Source of the DNA: Vicugna vicugna
Taxonomy: Eukaryota
Reading direction: 5' to 3'
Length of the DNA stretch: 64,000 nucleotides
Assembly (NCBI GenBank): GCA_013265495.1
Contig: MU061814.1
Coordinates: 5,087,684-5,151,683, forward strand
The notes beneath the pieces are model-generated. The model did not search any database, was not told the DNA's origin, and was given only the letters and a program-made list of their open reading frames with translations. This document shows positions 1-10,500 of this stretch, piece after piece. Positions within the stretch are counted from its first letter, which is position 1, and each line of letters begins with the position of its first letter. The position numbers and the translations under genes are program-made.

Positions 1-324
1 CCTAACCAAGCAGAGGTCATCTCCCAAACATCTTACAGGATGAATTACAAAACCAGAACAAGACGGCACCAAAAAACCCCAAAAAAGCTTTCACCCAGTC
101 TCACGAATACAGGACACAAACATGTACGTCCAACACTGGGTCCACATTAGGAAAAACGTTAGAAGGATTCATCGTAGAATTCAGATTAAAAGTGAAACCC
201 TGCATCAGTGCGATGACCCGGTGCTCACCGAGGGCCAGCGCAGAAAGGAGGGATTTTCAGCGGTTTACACCAGGGATCGGCACACTGCAGTCCAGTGCTC
301 CACGGCCTGGTTTATACATAAAGT

Positions 325-330
325 TTTATT
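325..330 (-). terminator. Candidate intronic polyadenylation signal AATAAA in LAMA5 intron 11
   Basis: Plus-strand TTTATT; U-rich tracts upstream on the minus strand (about 490-540) and some GU-rich sequence downstream. Usage is not demonstrable from sequence. Confidence 0.45.
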
Positions 331-1504
331 GACACACAGCCACACCCATTCATGTGCACATGGTCCACGGCTACTTCCGAGCTGCAACACACAACAGCAG
401 GAGCTGGCTCTCAAAGTCGCCAGCACTGGCCCTGTTCAGAAAACGTTTGCCGATCCCTGGTTTACCTCATTGATGAGAAGCTAAACATTTAAATGTAAAA
501 AGGAAAAAAACTGGAAAAAAAAAAAAGAAAAACTGCTAAAGAACCAGACATATGGAAATAGTTGGGTTCGGCGACCATCATCAAAATGTGACTGAGTCAG
601 AGACCAGGAAGAACGAGGTCAGCGGATTCAACTGAAGTTTAAAACACCTGCACGTGAAAAATGTTTAAAAAGGGCAAATTACCCGCTGGGAGGAAAGGCC
701 AGGACTCGTGGGGAGCAGCTGACCTAGTTCATATGCACAGAGCTCGTGACCAGGAACAGGTGAAGACAAGGGTGAGCGGCGACCTCGGGTGGGCGGCTCA
801 CACGTGAACGCAACCAAAGGCATCCAGAAACACGAGTAAAGATTCGACCTTGCAAACGAGCCAAAGAAACGCAGCTAGAAACAATGAAACACCAGATGCC
901 ACCAGTTACAGGACACACCACTGCTTGGGCGATTGTGTTAGGAGAGCGGTTTGGCAACCTGCAGCCCAAAGTGTCCCCAGACGTGCAGGTCTAGTGACCC
1001 AGACCCTTCTTCCAGGAAAGCGTACCCCAGAAACAGTTAAGGATTCCTGGAAAGCTTTAGCTGCAAGGATGTTTACCGCAGTGTTTTTTTTTAAATCTGG
1101 AAAGAACCTCAATTTCCAAGAATCAGAAGTTGGTTAAATAAAAGCTACATCTGTCTGCGTAACGTGGACCCTAAAATGATGTGTTTACAGGACGTGTGGG
1201 TGGAAAACACAATTACACAGCAGCACACGGCAGTGTTTATGAAAACAGCACACGCACGACGGATGGAGGAGGGGCTGTTTGCAGGCAGTGTGACTCTGGT
1301 AACCCTTGTCTTCAGCTTTCTGCTTACATTTTGAAGATTTTTTAGCATAAATAGGTATTATTTGCACAAAAATAAAACACCCAAAGACAAGGTGAGCAAA
1401 ATGGAACTGCTCCCTCTCCGCGGGCCTGGGTGGGGCCCCAGGTGGTGCCCCTTCTGCCCACTCCAGGGGGCCAGGGCAGGATGGGGACCTAGGGGGACAC
1501 TTAC

Positions 1505-1567
1505 TCACAATCTGTCCGGCCGGCAGCACCTGCTCCCCGGTGTCATTGTGGGAGAAGGAGGGCACGG
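1505..1567 (-). CDS. LAMA5: LAMA5 exon 11 (63 nt, linker after LE3)
   Basis: [20 protein letters not shown]; acceptor CCTCCCTCAG, donor A|GTAAGT; phases match neighbours. Confidence 0.93.
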   Translation of the reverse strand, partial: PCPPSPTMTPGSRCCRPDRL

Positions 1568-4500
1568 CTGAGGGAGGAGACACCACGTGTCAGTCAGGTG
1601 GGCTCTGCACCACGGGAGGTGCAGGGATGGACAAAAGGGTCCACCTGGATCCCCCCAACCCAGGGCTCCAGGCCCACAGGCAGCAATGCTTGGGGGCTCC
1701 GGCCCCGGCCCCCCACCCCAGGCCGGCGCCCTCACGGTAGCAGTGTGGGAAGTCAGTGAAGCCCTCAGCACAGGCGTCGCACCGCGCCCCCGTGAAGTTT
1801 GGCCGACAGTAGCAGCGGCCCGTCAGGTCCTCACACGTCCCGTCAGTGAAGTCCGACTCACAGTTGCAGCCTGGATGTGGGCGGAAAGTCAGGGCGCCCC
1901 AAGCTCAGGGCTGTCAGGGCCTAGGAAGGGCAGGGTCTGCCTCTCCAAGCTGGGAGGTGGGATGGGAGCCGTGGCCAGGCCCCCAGAGAGCTGCAGAGGC
2001 TCCAGGGCACCCCAACCCAGGCAGACCCTGCTTCCGGGCACCCGTCCTTGGATGTTCCCGCCCAGGCTGCCCCACTCACGGCGGCAGACATAGGGCGAGT
2101 CGAGGGGGTGGTCCGGGGCACGGTAGAAGCCGGGCAGGCACCGCTCACAATTGATGCCGGTGGTGTGATGCTGCAGGGACGCAGGGCTGCTGAGTCCAGA
2201 ACATCTCATCCACCCCACTCAGTGACCTAACCCTGTCCTCAGCCCCGCCCCTGACCTGGCACGGCCCCGCCCCTGAGAATGCCCCGCCCACCTGACAGTC
2301 AATGCACACGCCCCCTCCCTGGTAGACGTTGTCCTGGTTCTGGCTGGCGTTGCGCTGGTCCACCTCGGGGTCATAGTAGCAGTCGTGGGCGTGGCCGTGG
2401 CAGTTGCAGGCTGGAGAGCAGGGGGCTCAGCCGTCAGCAGGCCTCCACGAACCCCCCCCCGACTGGGACCCCAGAGTACATCCCACAAACCATGGGTGAC
2501 CCCAGATGTGGCCTGGCTCAGGTGACTGAACAGGCCTTATTGCCTGAATGTGTCAACAACATGTGTTTGAGCGTGTGTAAGCGTGTGTGTATGTGAGTGC
2601 ACGTGTGAATGTTGTGTGAGCGTTGTATGTACTATGGGAGCACGTGTGCATGTGTCCGAGAGCAAGCACGGGTGTTGTGTGTGGGCATGTGTGTGCGCAG
2701 GGGGATTTACGCAGTCTATATTAACATGACAAGTACCGGAAAATCTGCAATCATCTGTGTAAATGATGTCTTACCAAGAATCTGAAAGGCGTCTAAGAGA
2801 TGCGCACGTGAGTGCACGTGCACCAGCACTGTGTGTGCACACGTGGGCATGTGTGCAAGGGCACGGGGGTACACGTGGGGCACTCACACTGGCACTCGTT
2901 GGCACTGTCGGTGGTGGCTGGCTTCCACGGCTGCTGGTTGAAGCCAGGGCAGCAGCGGTCACAGGAGCCCCCACATGTGTTGTGCTGGCAGGCACACTGC
3001 AACCTGCGGGGACACGAGGGCACAGGAAGGGCTCAGACCCACCGTGGACCCAGAGGGACCCGGGAGAGCAGTGGGAGCAGGGCCGTGTAGGGCCCCTGTC
3101 GGGGTGGGAGCCGTGACAGGGCTGTGTGTCTGTGGGTGGGGTCCGGGGCAGGGCGCTGAGCGGTGGGCACAGGCGACCTGTCTGCAGGTCAGCCCAGAGC
3201 GCTGCGGCCTTCAGGATCGAGCCATGCCCTCCCCGCCAGGGCCAGGACCCAAGGCCAAGCCTCCAGCTTTCCTGGGCCAGCTCTGAGATCGAGGTCTCGC
3301 TCAGCCAGCAGCCCTGAGCTCAGCCGGACGCCCCCACGGATCCCCAGAGGCAAGCGGCCAAGAACCGCTTCCTCTTCCATCTGGGGGCGGACACCGGTCA
3401 GGGGGCTGGAATCCTGCCTGCTGTCCTGGAGAGCAGCTCCGCCGGCTCAGGGGGACAGCTGGCTGCAGCTGAGGACTGAGGTGGTGGCCACCTCCTGCAC
3501 AGCCCCCACCCCAGCACACACCCACACAGCTCAGCCGAGCAGGGGCAGGAGTCACGGCCCGCTCCCCGGGCTGCTGGCTCCTCCGCCTGGGCCAGCAGCA
3601 CAGCGGCAGTGCCAGGCATCCCCTGAGCAGGACCCCAGGAGCCAGGCCAAGAACACCCCCGGAGCTTCAAATCACGGGAGTCAAATCAGGGCCTTGGGAG
3701 TCAGGCCTGCTGCTCCTCGGCATCCAGGGAGGAGACAGGGATAACCTGCCAGGCGTCTCACCACGGGAAGGCCCGAGGATCTGTGACCAGCAGCCTGTGG
3801 CTGATGTTTGATTCTTCAAGAATCTACATGGTTGGGGCACGCCTGAACCAAGAAGTTGATGCAAAAAGTGGGGTGTTCGGCAAAAGCCCTCACAAAACCA
3901 CTCTGGAGAGGGTCCGTCCAACCCAGGGCACATGGTTGCTGCATGGATGGAGCCCTGATGAAGAGCTTGCAAAGGAACGTCCCCACAGGGTCAGCCGACG
4001 CACCCAACAGCAAGACGCGACCTTGGGAATGGCACTTAATGGAGCGCCGGAGTGGATGGGAGCTAGAACCACAGAGGAGAAGCAGCTGTTCGTGGAGATG
4101 CCCCAGGAAGCAGAAAGAGGAGAGGAGAAATACACTAACTTCTCCCCTTCTCCCACCCTCCCATGTTCCACAAGTACCTCCCACTGGCCACATCCCCCAA
4201 AAGTCAGAGGGCAGGCAGCCTGGGAAATGTAGTTCTCTGATATACAGAACAAGGAGAGGGCAGGAAATTTAGATTTGAGGAAGAACAGGATACTTAACAT
4301 CTTTGAATGTTTTCATTTTTTTTTCACTTGTGAAATAAGCATTGTAATTCAGTGTTGCTGTAAACATTAAATTATGCATTTAAAGCACTGAGCAGGATGC
4401 CTGCCATATTACAAGCTCTCAATAAATGTTTTCTTATGATGGAAAAGAAAAAAAAATGGAGTGCCGAGTGGAAACCACAAGAACAGAACGTTTCAAGATT

Positions 4501-7500
4501 ATAACAAAAGAATCTAGAACATAATAAAAACTGCAACGCTACGAAACATAGGCAGATGTGACCAAAGAGTCCACCAGAATGTCTCTAAGTGAAAAATAAA
4601 ATTATTGAAATTAAAGATTCAAAGGATGGGGGTGGGTCTAGCTCAGCGGTAGAGCACATGCTTAGCATGCATCGGGTCCTGGGTTCCATCCCCAGTAACT
4701 CCATTATAGAAAAACCTAATTATCTCCCCAACAAAATAAATTTTTTAAAAAGACTCGAAGGATGGGCTAGACAGCAGATCAGACACAGCTGAAGATTCCG
4801 GGACCTGAAGAAGCCACCCAGAAGGCAGAGGGTCAGACACACTCCAAGTCCTGGGAGGGAAGGAAGCCATGGGCACCTCCGGCCCTACACGCTCCCGAGA
4901 GAGAGCAGAGGCCGAGGGGAGCAGCCGGCCCCCGAGAGAGCCAAAGGCCAGAAGTGGCCTTGAATTAACAAAGACGTATTTTCAAATTCAAAACGTGAGA
5001 TTCCTGGGCAACAAAAATGACGTCCCCTCCTCAATGCTGCAGAGAACAGAAGCCCGTGGAGCTTGGAGGGGAGACGACAGAAGTGTCCAGAAGAGGCAGA
5101 AAACCCACAGCGGTGACCACGTAGGCGACAGCAGCCTCTACCCACCATCAAGAGACACCAGAGACAGTGAAGTGACATCTCCGAAGTGTTGAGAGGCACG
5201 GCCATCACCCAGAATGCCTATGGCCAGCTGAACTGTCATCCAAGAGCAAGGACAAAATGGGTCAGTTTCAACAACTCCCAGATTCTCATGGAAGAACTGA
5301 ACAGAGCATCTCAGGAAAAGGAAACTGAGTCCCCAGAGATGCACTGGGGGCCAAGCAAAGATGGGAAACAAGAAAGCGGGCGTCCAGTGGGCAGCTCCGT
5401 GGGCAGCGCCGGGAGCAGGTGCTGTGCCTGGGGTGAGTGTTCTGGGGTCCCCGCTCATCAGGGAGACAGCTGGTTAAATCTGGATTTGGAGAAGTCAAGT
5501 ATGCCTTGCAGAGTGAGGGCCACCATCACAAGCAACAGAACCAGAAAGAAACATATGGTGCCACCCACTGCCAGACTGTTTGTGTCCACCAGACATTCAC
5601 ACGTGGAATCTGACCCCAGCTCGATGGCGTCTGGAGGTGGGGCCTCGTCCACAGGATCGGGTCCTTACAAAAAGACCCCAGAGAGCCCCCTCAGGCCTTC
5701 CCTGCTGCGCAGACACAGCCAGAAGACAGCCACCTGTGAACCAGGAAGGGGGCCTCGCTAGTCTCCAGAACGGTGAGAAGCGCACTTCTGTAATTTATAC
5801 GCCACCCAGCCCGGGCACTTTGTTAGCCTGACCCACCTACGACACCAAGGTAATCACAACATGGGGCTGTGAAATCAGGCGGCGGGCAAGAGTGAGTGAG
5901 GGGCACGGGGGTGGTGATGCAGCTGAGAGGACACAGGTGAGGCTGGAGGTGGTGGAGGTAAGGGGCAGGGGCTAGCTAGTGGGCAGGGTCCACGAAAGAG
6001 AGGCAGAGGTGGAAGGAGTCAGGTGTGCAGGGAGAACACGCCTGGCTGATACTCGGGGATGCTGGTGTGGGAGGAGATGCTGGTGTCTGTGGTTCTGGGG
6101 AAGGTGCCCATCCCGAGCCACCGCACTCGCCCTGCAGGGAGAGCTGAGCGTGTTCCACGCCCAGGCGCAGGTGAGTCAGGGTGGATGCCGACGCCTTCCC
6201 AGCAGGCAAGGGCAGGCCCACCTCTCCTCTGAGGCCGATTTGGCAGCCCAGCAGGCACCCCTCCCGAGCATCACAAGTTCCCACTTGGCACTTAATTTCC
6301 CAGTGCAATTAGCTGCGCCTGAGCTCAGCTCCCAAAGCTGCAGGCAGGAGCCCATGCCCGGGGCCCACTGGAGGCCAGACAGGGCCGGAGGGCCTGCAGG
6401 AGGGAAGTGGCCCGAGCCCTTCAGTGAGTGCGACTGCACCCCTTCCTCCTCCAGCCCCATCAGCCACACCTGAAGGTGTCTGGGACTCACCACTGGGTGT
6501 GGCTTTGTGAGGATCGGGGCGAGCCTCTGCACTGTCTGTGCTTCACTTGCCTCCACCGTAAACTAGGGTGTGGGCACAGCAGAAGTGGGGGGCTGCACGA
6601 TTTTGAGGTAAGAGGCTCTGCTGCCTCTCTTGGCACCTCCTGATCAGCCCTGTCCTGCTCTATGACCCCACAGCACTCAGCCCTGGGGGAGGCCTCTGCA
6701 CCGGGGACAGGTCTGCACGTTCCCTGTCTGCCCAGACCAGGTGCTCCTGGGGCTGGGAGCCCACCTGTGTCCCCTGGGCAGGAACAGAGCCCAGTGTCCG
6801 CTCAACACAGCTGCTGATGGAGAGGGGGAAGGAAGGGAGGAAAGAAAGAGAGAAGGAGGAAGAAAGGAGAGACAGAAGGGAAAAAGGAAGGGAGGGATGA
6901 ACAAACAAGCGAGCCCCATGGCTGGGGGTGCGAGCCAGGAGGACAGCCCTGGCCCGGCGCCAGGCCCACTGGATAATTTGGCTGAGTACTCACTACCGAA
7001 TTTAGGGTGACCAGAGCCACTTAGGCACACAGCGTCTAGAGGCAGCTTGGTAAAGATGCAGATTCCTGGGCCCTGCCTCACTGGTTGGCTCCGGTTGGGG
7101 CCCGGGTTCTGCTGCCTGTGGGCTCAGCGCCCTTGGCTGCCCCAGCGGCACGACCACAGGGCATGTCGGGGTGGGGGGTGGTCTCTGGGCTGCTCCCTGC
7201 CCGGAGCCTTGGCCCCTGCTGGTGAGGGGGTGTGAAGGTCAGGGTGGGAGCAGTAGGGAGTGTATCCTTTGTGTTCTCCAGGAAAGTAGGGGAGCTTCCC
7301 CCGTCCCGGGGGACAGGTTACCTCCCTCACTGATCCCCCTCGACAGGGCCCTGGGCTTGCGGTGTGGAGGGGCAGCAGGGCAAATAGGCCCACGCCTGGC
7401 ACAGGGCACCCAGGGAGGCCGCACGTGGTGCTGTCCCTCCGCCTCACTGCGAACGTGGGGAAACAGGCCACGGGGCGGGGAACCAGTGCAGCTCATGCAG

Positions 7501-10500
7501 GGCCAGGGTCATGGTGGGTAATGCCACCAGGCCTCCTCCGCCCAGGTTGGGCAGGAAGCTGCAGGTCTCACCTGAAGGGGTCTGTCGGGTCCTTGGCGTC
7601 ACAGACATCCGCGTGCCCGTGGCAGACGCAGCGGCCGCCGACGCTGATGTCCTTGATGCTGTAGTAGTACTGCACCCAGCGCGGTAAGCAGAGCGCCATG
7701 CACGTCAGCCCCCAGCCCGAGCCCCGCGTGGCCCCTCCCCACCAGCCCCTGCAGCCCGCCCTTGGCCCCGCCCCACGGCCCGCCCTTGGCCCCGCCCACT
7801 CACCCGGCGGGTGACCGTGGGGTCCCTCAGTGCCTTCCCCATGAGGTGGCCCAGTAGCGTGTTGGTGCGCAGGAAGCGCAGGCGGATGTTGGTGGCTTTG
7901 GTGAAGTCACGCAGCAGGGGCGAGTAGGAGAAGTTCATGGCCCCTGGGCGCCCGTTCACCAGGGACACCACGATCTGCGGACGGGCCAAGCGTCAGGCCG
8001 GGTCGTGGCCCCAACACTGACCGCCACTCCTGACCAGCCGCCCGCCAGCGCCGTGCCGCCTCGCGAGGGCGCACCTCGCCATTCTCCAGGGGCACGATCC
8101 GGGAGTACTCCGTGGTGCAGAGGACAGCGTCATCCCTGGAGATGCGCTCCAGCGTCTGCGGCCCGAAACGCTCCAGGCAGTCCCTCTTGGAAGCTGCAGG
8201 AAGGCAGGAGGGTGAGGGCGCCGTGCTCCGGGAAGCCCTCAGGGCCCGTCCCACGTCACTGCCCTGCCTGCCTGGGGTTCTCGGAGCCTCACAGCCTCAA
8301 CCGTGAGGCAGCATCAATCAGCGGCTGGAACCCAGCCCGTCCCTCAGGGCTTTGTTGAAGAGTGTGGCACTCTGGATCACAGGGAGCCCCCTCAGGAGGG
8401 CATGGCCCCTGCCCAGGCTGACCCTGCCCATGTCCTAGTGACTCTGAACTTGCCCACATCCAGGCCTTTGCTGTTCCTGCCCAGCTCTCTGTACAGGACC
8501 AGTGTCCCCCTGGGTGGCCCTCCTCATCCCCATCTTCGGGGGACCCCTGTTCCTGACTGTCCCTTATAGCACTGCCCCACCCTCACTCTTGGGCCTTGGA
8601 GTCTGGGGAGACACATGTCCCAGACACCCTCAATCAAAGCATCCCCATCAACATGATTGGTAGGGTGGTACAAGGCTGGCCAGTGAGCAGGGCTCCTGTG
8701 CTCTCCGGATCTGGCAGCTAAGCTGGCCGCCTCTGTCACCTCCGGAGCTGCTAGAGGATGAGGCCAGTCCACAGGAGCCAGGAGATGGCCTGAGACTCCT
8801 GCACCAACAGCGCTGGCCCCAGCTGCGCCCTCATCAGGGAGGAGAGCCACCAAATCCCCACCTGCCTTCGGGAACGTGCCCTAACCCACCCAAAGCCGGG
8901 GTGAGGGCAGGCCTGGCATCTGGAGACCCTGAGCGTGCATGACGATGGCAGCCCATCCCAGGGGACACCCCCCAGCCCCGGGACACTCACAGGCGAAGAA
9001 CTGCCACGGCTGGTAGGTGCGGCCGAAGTCCGTGGACCGCTCCAGCACCCAGAGGTCCGGCCGAGGGGAGTTGGCAAACTTGATGAGCACGTACGCCACG
9101 TGGAACACCTGTGGGGCAGGGAGTGTGTGGACACCCCTGAGCCCCTTCCATGCTACTCGGGGCCCCACGAGCGCCTGGAGGGCCACCCTAACCCTGCAAG
9201 GCAGGGCTCCCTTTTCCCACAGGGGACATCTGTAGGTTTGCCCACAAGGGCCAGAGGCACCCAGGGGCGAGGGCCAGCGGTCCGGCCCAAGGCCATCGAG
9301 GCCTGCACTGGGGACACAGAGATGACCATCAGGAACCCATCATTTTGGAAGGGCTCCCTTCTTGGACCTGGGGTTACCTGAGCCTAGAGCGCAGACCCAC
9401 CTGCCTCCCCATTCCCACCCCAGGAGCTCAGAGAGCCACACTGGTCCTTTGGGCTTTGAGGCTGCAGACAGGCCTGATAGGAGCTGGAGTCAGACGGGGC
9501 ACACATGGGGCAGCCTGTCTACTGGGCCCAGGCAGTGGGGCTGGGTAAGGCAAAGACAAGACTCATCCCACTGTCCCCAGAGCCCTGGTGGCCGGCCTGA
9601 AAAGGTGGCTAGACAGTGTCCCAAGCTCCCAGGAGCCTGGCATAGCCGACAGGTGAACCCCTGTACCGGGATGGGGCTCCTGTCCCAGCCTCACCCCAGT
9701 CACCCCCATCATTCTCAGAGCTGGCTCAGGACCTGCCTGTTTCACCTAACACTGACCAGCTCGCTGCCAGAGGGCCCCAGGCGCAGGCAGCCGAAGCAAC
9801 CAGGGCCCAGCCCCCACCACGTCAGGAGCCCCAAGGGGGCAGATGGACTGGAAAATGGGCCTTCCCAGAGCTGGGCTGGGGAGACCCTGCCAACTCAGGA
9901 GTCAGAGGCTGGAGATCTGGGGGGCTCTGGGCACGTCAGGGCAGCACCCAGCCAAGGGAGGGGGAGGCTGCTCTTCAGAGGCACCCAGAACCCCTCACCA
10001 AGGCCCCACGCCCACCTCTTCTGCTCTCTCCCCAGGGTCTTGGCCTCTCTCCTCACCTCATCCTGGCTAGAGGTCAGCATCCCTGGCCGTCCCTGTGTCC
10101 TGTACCCCTCCTCGGCTGGCTGCCCCCTGGCCCTGCAGTATGGCCGGTCTTAGCCTTGGGCCCCCTGCCCTACCTGGCAGCGCCTGGGGAAGCCCTCCTG
10201 ACTGCAGCCCAGCCACGCCGGCCCGAGCGCCTTGGACATGCAGGTGCAGGGGGCGGGGTGATTAAGACGCCCCTTCCAAGAGGCAGCTGCTCTGTGGAGG
10301 CTGAAGGGCCCCTCCAGGCTGGGGAGCTGGGTTCTCACTGCCCAGGGCACAGGCCACAGCCCTGGGAAGGGGCTCTGGGTCCACTGAGAACAGCCACTGG
10401 GAATGGCTCAGGCAGAAGCCTCTGCCCAGCCTGTGGCCTCGATGAGGGGCTGAGCCAAGCAGACCCCCGAGAGGGTGGCACCTGGCAGAGTGCACCCCTG

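Noticed and set aside
4628-4700. tRNA-like A/B boxes
   Set aside because: Head of a SINE with tail, poly(A) and TSD; not a tRNA gene.
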